Below the pieces are notes generated by a model. The model was not told the DNA's origin. It ran no database searches and saw only the letters and a list, made by a program, of their open reading frames with translations. From assembly GCA_034002925.1 (NCBI GenBank), contig JAVEZP010000001.1, positions 711 through 64,710 on the forward strand: a stretch of DNA of 64,000 nt, read 5' to 3'. This DNA is from Patescibacteria group bacterium (GTDB taxonomy: Bacteria; Patescibacteriota; Patescibacteriia; Patescibacteriales; UBA12465). The position numbers and the translations under genes were made by a program. Below are positions 1 through 6,538 of the stretch, piece after piece (position 1 is the stretch's first letter; each line of letters begins with the position of its first letter).

Positions 1-384
1 AAATCTGGATTGATCAAAATTTCCAGAGTAAATAAAACCGCCTTCTACTTTTTTTATCTTAATTTCTCCTTTGCCCTTGGTGTTGTATTTTGAATTGTCC
101 CAATCGTATTTATAAGAGCTAAAATATTCCATTTCCCAACCCCCGACTATATTTGGATATTCTTGGAAACCAATTAAGATAAATAATTTTTTTATTATCC
201 AATGTTTGTTCCAAAAAAATTTTTCATATAAAAAATTTAAAAGATAAAGAATTAAAAAGATAATTGCGGAAACAATACTGTATTTCCAAAAGTTTAATTC
301 AGGAAATTTGTTGCTTACCGCATAAAACGCAAAAGTCAGTAAAACCGATATCGAAACTATTTTTTTGAGATTTAATTTAGTCAT
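1..384 (-). CDS. Partial 2-TM membrane protein (C-terminus off window); candidate CBASS effector (Cap15 / S-2TM-beta-like)
   Basis: Not in the ORF track. Reverse-strand translation from ATG 384-382 stays open to position 1: MTKLNLKKIVSISVLLTFAFYAVSNKFPELNFWKYSIVSAIIFLILYLLNFLYEKFFWNKHW...PNIVGGWEMEYFSSYKYDWDNSKYNTKGKGEIKIKKVEGGFIYSGNFDQSRF. Two N-terminal hydrophobic helices are followed by a beta-strand-rich segment. ATGA start/stop overlap with the nucleotidyltransferase gene. Confidence 0.5.
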   Translation of the reverse strand, partial: MTKLNLKKIVSISVLLTFAFYAVSNKFPELNFWKYSIVSAIIFLILYLLNFLYEKFFWNKHWIIKKLFILIGFQEYPNIVGGWEMEYFSSYKYDWDNSKYNTKGKGEIKIKKVEGGFIYSGNFDQSRF

Positions 385-1313
385 ATTTTTTCTAAAACAA
401 GATTTGCGCATTTTGCTATAAATAACTGAGCGTCTGCTAAATTCCAACAATTTTTAGACAAAAATAAAAGGTCTTGACCGTTGGCACATTTATAATATTC
501 AAGTGATTTGTTTTCGGAATCATTGAGAACATTTTGCAATATATTTATAACAATACTCTGGTAACTTCCGTTAAAAGTTGGTGCCGGGCAGTTGTATATT
601 AGGTTTTCTATAAAATATGATGGTGCGATTTTTTCGTCTATTTCTCCTTTTTCTTTTAATTTTTTTCTAATATTTTTAAAAATTCTGATAGAGTCTTTGA
701 ATTTCCCTTCCGTGTCATGATTAAGGGCTTCACAATTTTTCTTGTGTTCTTTCGGGTAGTTAATTATTAGATCATTTGTTTCGGTATTAAAAAATTTTAT
801 TCCAGAAACATATTGATCTGTAGTGTAAAAAGTAAAGCGACCATATTTTCTGTGATGAAAGGATGGAACAACATCTGCGTTTACTCGTAAGGTATTTTTT
901 GGAATTTTCAAACTCTTTTTGCCATATTCAACAGTTACTCCCGAAAAATATTTTTTTAATGATTCATGGACATCTTTCTTAAATTGAACAAATTTATATG
1001 TGCTTGAATTTGGAAAATAAGAATGAAAATCTTTCTTTTCATCTTCCGTTAATTGATCTATGTCATAAGAAAAGATTGATTTTAGTTCAATCACAACATC
1101 TACATCACTATCGTCAGTGATGTTTGTGCTATTGGCGTATGAACCCTGCAAGTAAACCTCATAATTTTCTGCTTTAATCTCATAATCATGATTATTTTTA
1201 GCAAACTCCGATAAGTAAGCTGATAATGCTTTTCTTATCTCTTCATGGGTGTGTTTGTATTTTGTCGCCGCTGGAGCAGAAGCCCATTGTTGTAACTGTT
1301 GTTCAGAAATCAT
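381..1313 (-). CDS. CD-NTase / SMODS-type nucleotidyltransferase (CdnE-like cyclic oligonucleotide synthase)
   Basis: Pol-beta NTase catalytic pattern: QGSYANSTNI...DSDVDVVIEL (GS...DxD) plus a downstream third Asp in NADVVPSF. N-terminus LQQWASAPAATKYKHTHEEIRKAL resembles CdnE-type leaders. Size is 310 aa. A 2-TM gene follows with a 4-nt overlap. Confidence 0.7.
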   Translation of the reverse strand: MISEQQLQQWASAPAATKYKHTHEEIRKALSAYLSEFAKNNHDYEIKAENYEVYLQGSYANSTNITDDSDVDVVIELKSIFSYDIDQLTEDEKKDFHSYFPNSSTYKFVQFKKDVHESLKKYFSGVTVEYGKKSLKIPKNTLRVNADVVPSFHHRKYGRFTFYTTDQYVSGIKFFNTETNDLIINYPKEHKKNCEALNHDTEGKFKDSIRIFKNIRKKLKEKGEIDEKIAPSYFIENLIYNCPAPTFNGSYQSIVINILQNVLNDSENKSLEYYKCANGQDLLFLSKNCWNLADAQLFIAKCANLVLEKI

Positions 1314-1314
1314 A

Positions 1315-2406
1315 TTATTTTTTTACAATAAATAACGCATCTGAAACAGATGTGTATTTTTCGTCTTTCCAGTTAAAATTAATTTTTAGATTATTATCGG
1401 CTTTAAATTTATCAAGATATGACCCGACACTTTCTCTTAAAAAATCAATATTTCGTTTGAGCTTCCAACTATCTTCAAGGTTATCTTTTTCTATTAACAC
1501 TAAAAATAAACGATTAGCAGAATCAAAACGTCTTTCGCCTTGTTCTTCATAAAGCCATTTAATGAGTTCTTTTTTGTTTTTCATAGCTTCTTCAACTATT
1601 TTCCACCTTGTTTTATGAAAATTGGTTATAGCTTTTTTTACTGGCTCAAGGTGGCTCTCTGATAATCTGGTAAGTAACTCGGATAGTAAAAATTTATTTT
1701 TTTGTGTTGAGTCAAATTTAATTTTGTTTGTCTTGGCAATTTGCTTGAGTTCAGTAAGTTCTGGCTTTAACCCTTTTTCTTTACGCTTCAAAGCCATGAA
1801 ACCGTCAGGAAAATAAGTCACTTTTAAGTCAAAAGGAATTTGGTCAACAAAAAAATCAACCTTTTTAATCAAACCGATCGTGGGTAACACTCTTTTGTGC
1901 TCTTTAAAAATGTCTTCAATCAAAATTGATGTCCAGTGATTAAACCAAGAACACAAAACATATCCTTTCAGACTTTCATGTATATCGTTGTCAATTTTAT
2001 CCATTAAGACATCAAAATTTTTGATTTTTTTGATGTAATTATCGACAATTGTTCTCTCAAGGTTGTTTTGATAGAGTCCGCCCCAGTCAAAAATTTTCAA
2101 TTTATATAATTCTGAAATGAGTTTATCTTCATAACCCTTTCTTTCCTTCCTTTCATTTTGAAATTTGTCATTGATAAATTTATCAATAACTTTTTCTGTT
2201 TTAGGACTATTAACGATTTGTTCGATTAAATCATTGGTTTTTTGATTGGGGTCGATATCAATTTTTTCCGCAAATTCAACAAGCAAAGCCTTTCGTGTGA
2301 TTGAACGAATTTTTAAAAATAGCAAACTATTTTGGTCTTTGAGCAATGTTTCAAAATCGTTTACATCATAAAGTTTTTTGAGCTGTTGATAAATTTTATA
2401 ATTCAT
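1315..2406 (-). CDS. Putative type II restriction endonuclease (partner of the adjacent methyltransferase)
   Basis: Starts 6 nt downstream of the DPPY methyltransferase stop. Possible PD-(D/E)xK-like motif in VDFFVDQIPFDLKVTY. I recognise no other family. Confidence 0.4.
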   Translation of the reverse strand: MNYKIYQQLKKLYDVNDFETLLKDQNSLLFLKIRSITRKALLVEFAEKIDIDPNQKTNDLIEQIVNSPKTEKVIDKFINDKFQNERKERKGYEDKLISELYKLKIFDWGGLYQNNLERTIVDNYIKKIKNFDVLMDKIDNDIHESLKGYVLCSWFNHWTSILIEDIFKEHKRVLPTIGLIKKVDFFVDQIPFDLKVTYFPDGFMALKRKEKGLKPELTELKQIAKTNKIKFDSTQKNKFLLSELLTRLSESHLEPVKKAITNFHKTRWKIVEEAMKNKKELIKWLYEEQGERRFDSANRLFLVLIEKDNLEDSWKLKRNIDFLRESVGSYLDKFKADNNLKINFNWKDEKYTSVSDALFIVKK

Positions 2407-2412
2407 AGTGTT

Positions 2413-3471
2413 TTAGTTATAACAATAAAATAAATATTCGATAGTTCCTTTGCGACTTCCTTTTCCGCCATAATGATTTGAGTATTCATTCTCATACACT
2501 TTTACTTTTTTGTGCTTTTTAATGAGTTCAACCATTTTTTCTTTTTCTGGATAACTCTTGCTGTTATAAGAAATTAACCAATAAGGAATGTGTTTACTAT
2601 TTTCAAAAAGTTTTTCAAAAGATTTCTCAATTTCAGTTTTTTGAACAAAGCCACTCTCTTTTTTTGGAAAATACGACTTTGTGCCATTTACAAATTCTTT
2701 GTCTTTCCAGTACTGAACGAATGTTTCTAAGAAATGATAAAAGGCTTGATAGTCTGGGTGGCAACCAACATAAGGTGGATCAAAATAAACTAAATCAACA
2801 TCTTTGAGTTTTGGAAGCAAAGAAATTGTGTTTTCGCAAAATACCTTATTCTTTTTTTTGTTATCAAAAATTGCATGATTATATGAATGTACAAGGCTTT
2901 GGAATATATCTTTCAGGTGTTTTGCTAGGCTTGCATTTCTTTTAATTCTATCTGGATTTTTGCTATATTCAATTGCTTTGAGATGTGCAAAATGCCCTAA
3001 TGTAATTTTTCTTGTTAGAGATCGGTTCATTAAAGTCAAAGCTAATGCTTTTTTGTATTCATTGTCTAATTTCTCAACATTTGCTCGGAATTTATCTAAA
3101 AATTGAGCTTGGTCTTTTTCAAAAAAAACTCCAGTAAAAATCCTTTCGATTAGATTATCAGCTTTTGTAGTTTCATCTAACAAAATATCTATATCATTTT
3201 TATCAAGAATGATATTTTGATTTTCAATTAAAGCTTTAGAAATTAGAGAATTACACTTTAAAAAGTCGTTACTATAAACCTTATAGCCTCTGTCTTTAAA
3301 ATAATATCCAACAACGGATGTCCCGCTAAAAGCGTCAAAAACAGTTTCAATATCTTTTGGTGCAATTTCAAGAATCCACTTAATAAGTTTCTCTTTGCTT
3401 CCCAAATATTGGGTTCTTGGAAATTGGTGTATTTTATATTTTTCGCCGAATAGCGTAGTTTGTGACATCAT
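2413..3471 (-). CDS. N6-adenine DNA methyltransferase (D12/Dam-like, DPPY motif)
   Basis: SAM-binding motif DAFSGTSVVGYYF and catalytic motif LVYFDPPYVG. Confidence 0.8.
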   Translation of the reverse strand: MMSQTTLFGEKYKIHQFPRTQYLGSKEKLIKWILEIAPKDIETVFDAFSGTSVVGYYFKDRGYKVYSNDFLKCNSLISKALIENQNIILDKNDIDILLDETTKADNLIERIFTGVFFEKDQAQFLDKFRANVEKLDNEYKKALALTLMNRSLTRKITLGHFAHLKAIEYSKNPDRIKRNASLAKHLKDIFQSLVHSYNHAIFDNKKKNKVFCENTISLLPKLKDVDLVYFDPPYVGCHPDYQAFYHFLETFVQYWKDKEFVNGTKSYFPKKESGFVQKTEIEKSFEKLFENSKHIPYWLISYNSKSYPEKEKMVELIKKHKKVKVYENEYSNHYGGKGSRKGTIEYLFYCYN

Positions 3472-3497
3472 AATTTATATTCTGGTATAGTAGTTGT

Positions 3498-3503
3498 ATT
3501 ATA
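3498..3503 (-). promoter_or_regulatory. Candidate -10 box (TATAAT) for the MTase-REase-NTase-2TM operon
   Basis: Plus-strand attata is TATAAT on the minus strand, 27 nt upstream of ATG 3471. Confidence 0.3.
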
Positions 3504-3640
3504 TTTTTTCCCCTTATAAATAAATCGTTTTCGGAGCGATAGCGGAGAAAACACCTTATTCCCCTCTATAATTAAAGAAAAAGAAATTTGAAAATTTTTT
3601 AAAACAGTTGGGCGTTAACCCAGAAAAGAAAAGGAATATT

Positions 3641-3775
3641 TCAGCTAACGTTTCGGCATATACGATGTTGCGAGCGAGCGTGGCGGTATAATTTTCTTAC
3701 CGCCTAAGCGAGCGAAGCAATATGGGCGGAACGACGAGGCACGAGGAGTGTAACCGTATATGCCGTGTTAGCTGA
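3641..3775. repeat. E1: GC-rich imperfect-palindrome element (attC-like / structured-RNA-like)
   Basis: Outer stem TCAGCTAAC (3641-3649) / GTTAGCTGA (3767-3775). Inner stem CGGCATATACG (3654-3664) / CGTATATGCCG (3755-3765). Internal hairpin GGCGGTA (3682-3688) / TACCGCC (3698-3704), flanked by GAGCGAGCG and AGCGAGCGA. Homologous to E2. Confidence 0.75.
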
Positions 3776-3784
3776 TGTAATTTT

Positions 3785-4534
3785 TTATTTTTCTTCCTCT
3801 TTTTTCTTCGACCTTGAAAATAATCCAAAAATCAAAGCAATAAGTCCTCCTGTAATAGCTCCAATTATACCTTTTTCTGCAACGCCTTCAAAAATACTTG
3901 GAGAGTCATTCTTTTTTGCTTCTTCTTCGTTATATTCATATCCTTGTTCATAACTAAAAGAATCAATGATTTGATTGAAAGTTGATAAATTTTCTGAATA
4001 TTCAGATTTAACGGAATAAAAATTGAGTTGAGTTATTCCACTTTTGCCTAAAAACATAGCTAATAGACCCTTTACTTTTCCGACATTGGCAACATCCATT
4101 TCTAGGTTCATAAAAATAATATTTCTTTCTTTATCTACGAATGGGTCTTGAAGACTTGCATTAGTCATTAGTTCTGAATATTCATCAATTTTTTTGTTTA
4201 CGCTTTCAGAAAATTTATCACTTTCAAATGTCTGGGTAATTTGACTATATGAAGGAGTATTTACTTTATGTTGTTGAACAAGGATATATGGATATTGAAA
4301 AGCTTCGGTGTTCTCAAGCTGAAAGCCTGCCGCATAATCAATAAATTGTCCGCCAGTCATATCTGCTGCTTGTTGCATTACTTCGTCGATTGTAGATTTT
4401 GGAATTTCAACCCACCCGCTTGGAATTGTGAATGAGTAGTGATATTGCTGGCTTACGTAATCAAGGCTTTCAGCGTTTGCCATTGTCGGTAGCAGAAAGA
4501 AGCAAAAAAGAATGACGGTTAAGATTTTTTTCAT
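3785..4534 (-). CDS. Exported protein of unknown function with a C-terminal TM anchor
   Basis: Signal peptide MKKILTVILFCFFLLPTMANA. C-terminal helix GIIGAITGGLIALIFGLF followed by the charged tail SRSKKKEEEK. Confidence 0.6.
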   Translation of the reverse strand: MKKILTVILFCFFLLPTMANAESLDYVSQQYHYSFTIPSGWVEIPKSTIDEVMQQAADMTGGQFIDYAAGFQLENTEAFQYPYILVQQHKVNTPSYSQITQTFESDKFSESVNKKIDEYSELMTNASLQDPFVDKERNIIFMNLEMDVANVGKVKGLLAMFLGKSGITQLNFYSVKSEYSENLSTFNQIIDSFSYEQGYEYNEEEAKKNDSPSIFEGVAEKGIIGAITGGLIALIFGLFSRSKKKEEEK

Positions 4535-4564
4535 AGTATTTATGGTTAAAAATAAAAAATTATT

Positions 4565-4665
4565 TCGGCTAACATTTCAGTATATCTGATGTTTGCCGTA
4601 GCGGAGCGGAGGCAAATATAGGTCGAGCGAGGGCACGAGCGAGCCAGATATACTGTGTTGTGCGA
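4565..4665. repeat. E2: second copy of the GC-rich imperfect-palindrome element
   Basis: TCGGCTAAC (4565-4573), CAGTATATCTG (4578-4588) / CAGATATACTG (4645-4655), GTTGTGCGA (4657-4665). Hairpin TTTGCC (4592-4597) / GGCAAA (4611-4616). GAGCGA-gggcac-GAGCGA at 4625-4642. Same architecture as E1 with compensatory stem changes. Confidence 0.75.
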
Positions 4666-4707
4666 GGGTGAGCGACGTTAGGAGCGAAAGTGCAACGCCC
4701 CCTTGAG

Positions 4708-4752
4708 TTCTCTTTTGTGAAAAAAAATCCAATTCAATTTTGGCACTTTTTA
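4708..4752. repeat. Left arm of the inverted repeat bracketing the Ltp-like gene
   Basis: TTCTCTTTTGTGAAAAAA-(10 nt)-AATTTTGGCACTTTTTA. Matches the reverse complement of 5550-5597. Confidence 0.7.
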
Positions 4753-4767
4753 TCCTTATTTATGCAC

Positions 4768-5529
4768 TTAATCATTAAGGTGTTGAATGGCATAATCCGC
4801 TTCAGATTTCGTAAATTTTTCGCCATATGCCGAAGTCAGTTGGTCGTGAATAGCTGATGGAGACATATTCATAGTATCTTGATAAGTTTTTGCTTTAACT
4901 AAAGCATTCGCATTCCAATCAGCTGTCATATTATCTATTGCATATTGTGCGGCATCAGCTGAAAACTTTTCGCCATATTCTGAAACAAGCTGATCATAAA
5001 CGCCTTGCTTCGACATGTGCATTGTTTTTGCATACATTGTTGCTTTGTTAAGAGCAGATTTATATTCAGCCGGAACAGACGCTTCCTTGGTAGGTTCAGG
5101 TTTTTCCTGGGGAGTAGGAATTATTTCTGTTTTTTCCGTTTCAACTGGTTTTTCGTTGTTAGTGGTTTTAGGCTGTTCTTCTGTTGGTTTTATTTCATCC
5201 TTCTTTTGTTCAATGTTTGATACAGATTGTTCTTGCTGAACTGGTGGCTGATTATTTTGTTGTTTTGAAGTATCAATAGTCGAGCCAAAAATTATAAAAC
5301 CAATAATTATAACAACCGCTTTCATTCCTCCAGAAAGATGAAATTTCCATTTTTCATCAACCAATTTATTAACAGGAGGAAGAAGAACAGCGGCCATTAT
5401 TAACATTACGATTCCTGGAACTGGCTCAGAAAAAACAGATATAATTCCAGTTAAAGCAAAAAGAATGCCAAAAATCCAGCTCAAGATTAGACCAACTGTG
5501 ATTTTTTTACTTGTTGTTTGTTCTGTCAT
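4768..5529 (-). CDS. Membrane-anchored protein with two Ltp-type repeats (superinfection-exclusion-like surface protein)
   Basis: N-terminal TM helices and a Pro/Glu/Lys/Thr-rich linker. Two repeats follow: YKSALNKATMYAKTMHMSKQGVYDQLVSEYGEKFSADAAQYAIDNM and ALVKAKTYQDTMNMSPSAIHDQLTSAYGEKFTKSEADYAIQHL. Both match the Ltp (host cell surface-exposed lipoprotein) repeat pattern. Confidence 0.7.
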   Translation of the reverse strand: MTEQTTSKKITVGLILSWIFGILFALTGIISVFSEPVPGIVMLIMAAVLLPPVNKLVDEKWKFHLSGGMKAVVIIIGFIIFGSTIDTSKQQNNQPPVQQEQSVSNIEQKKDEIKPTEEQPKTTNNEKPVETEKTEIIPTPQEKPEPTKEASVPAEYKSALNKATMYAKTMHMSKQGVYDQLVSEYGEKFSADAAQYAIDNMTADWNANALVKAKTYQDTMNMSPSAIHDQLTSAYGEKFTKSEADYAIQHLND

Positions 5530-5549
5530 AGTTTTTTAAATTAAAGAAT

Positions 5550-5597
5550 TAAAAAGTGCTAAAATTTTCCTTGTTTTTATTTTTTCACAAAAGAGAA
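5550..5597. repeat. Right arm of the inverted repeat bracketing the Ltp-like gene (its native 5' leader)
   Basis: The reverse complement reads TTCTCTTTTGTGAAAAAA-(13 nt)-AATTTTAGCACTTTTTA. Confidence 0.7.
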
Positions 5598-5699
5598 TTT
5601 CGTACAACTCTTTATTATACAATCAAAGCATCTTATAACTACCATTATTTGTATGTTATACAAATATATGCTAATATATTAATCCACTTATTTACTTTA

Positions 5700-5728
5700 A
5701 TTATAACACTAGGATTAAGGGTATGCAA
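5700..5728 (-). promoter_or_regulatory. Outward sigma70-type promoter pointing into the cassette array; its -35 overlaps the recombinase start codon
   Basis: Minus strand reads TTGCAT (rc of 5723-5728, i.e. ATGCAA of the recombinase), a 17-nt spacer ending in TGT, then TATAAT (rc of 5700-5705). This is an extended -10, TGTTATAAT. Confidence 0.5.
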
Positions 5729-6535
5729 TCAATTTTAGATAACACTAAAAACACATTAAAATTAAAAAACTATAGCTCAAGAACTATCAAGTCCTATTTG
5801 TTTTACATCAAAGAATATCTAGTTTTTGCCCAAAAAAATGCTTTACATGATAAAAATATTGCAGTAGAAAAATATCTTTTACAGAAACAATCTAAAAATA
5901 ATTCCTCACAAACAATTAATTTAGCCTTAAATGCTATTAAATTTCTATACAGAGATGTTCTTAGAGTTAAAGATAACATTAGTTTTAAATGCGCCAAAAG
6001 AAGCAATAAAATCCCAATTGTTCTCTCTAGGTTAGAAATTGAGGAAATTATCTCTGTTATTAGCAACACAAAACACAAGCTAGCTATCACTTTAAGCTAT
6101 GCTGCTGGCCTACGAGTAAGCGAAACAGTGAGCTTGAAGGTAAAAGATCTGGATTTAGATAGTTTAACTATCCATCTAAAAGAAGCTAAGGGAAGAAAAG
6201 ATAGAATCACCATATTTCCAGATAAACTTAAATCGAGCATAAAAAATTTAATAGCCGGAAAAACTAGTAATGATTTAGTCTTTGAAAACAATAGAGGCGC
6301 TAAACTAAGCACTACTTCCCTACAAAAAGTGTTTCGTTCTGCTCTAAAGAAAACAAATATAAAAAAAGAAGCTACTTTCCATTCACTTAGGCATAGCTTC
6401 GCTACTCATTTGCTTGAAAATGGAGTTGACGTGAGATATATTCAAGAATTATTAGGACATGCTAACATACGTACCACACAAATATACACTAAAGTTACCA
6501 ATCCGCAACTAAAAAATATCAAAAGTCCATTATAA
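5723..6535 (+). CDS. Tyrosine site-specific recombinase (Xer/integrase family, short form)
   Basis: N-terminal SAM-like domain (YSSRTIKSYLFYIKEYLVF, LNAIKFLYRDVL). Catalytic region AAGLRVSETVSLKVKDLDL, KGRKDRITIFP, HSLRHSFATHLLENGVDVRYIQELLGHANIRTTQIYTKV (R..HxxR..Y). Confidence 0.85.
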   Translation: MQSILDNTKNTLKLKNYSSRTIKSYLFYIKEYLVFAQKNALHDKNIAVEKYLLQKQSKNNSSQTINLALNAIKFLYRDVLRVKDNISFKCAKRSNKIPIVLSRLEIEEIISVISNTKHKLAITLSYAAGLRVSETVSLKVKDLDLDSLTIHLKEAKGRKDRITIFPDKLKSSIKNLIAGKTSNDLVFENNRGAKLSTTSLQKVFRSALKKTNIKKEATFHSLRHSFATHLLENGVDVRYIQELLGHANIRTTQIYTKVTNPQLKNIKSPL

Positions 6536-6538
6536 AAT

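Noticed and set aside
1226-1816. Track ORFs 1226-1552 (+) and 1622-1816 (+)
   Set aside because: They lie antisense inside the well-supported minus-strand NTase and REase genes. The sequence is low complexity with no motifs. These are shadow ORFs of an AT-rich region.
3641-4665. E1/E2 as a CRISPR array, a retron msr-msd or a riboswitch
   Set aside because: There are only two copies, about 790 bp apart, each separated by a complete gene, so this is not a repeat-spacer array. There is no reverse transcriptase and no cas, IscB or TnpB gene in the window. I recognise no known riboswitch core. I kept them as an unclassified element family instead.
5005-5239. Track ORFs 5005-5220 and 5015-5239 (+)
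   Set aside because: They are antisense to the Pro/Glu/Lys-rich linker of the Ltp-like gene. The repetitive F/R/G-rich translation is typical of shadow frames.
5723-6535. Calling the recombinase a bona fide integron integrase (IntI)
   Set aside because: It has IntI-like N-terminal and LRVxExxxLxVKDxD motifs. However, at 270 aa it lacks the extra IntI-specific segment between the KDR...P and HxLRH regions. I therefore report it only as integron-like.
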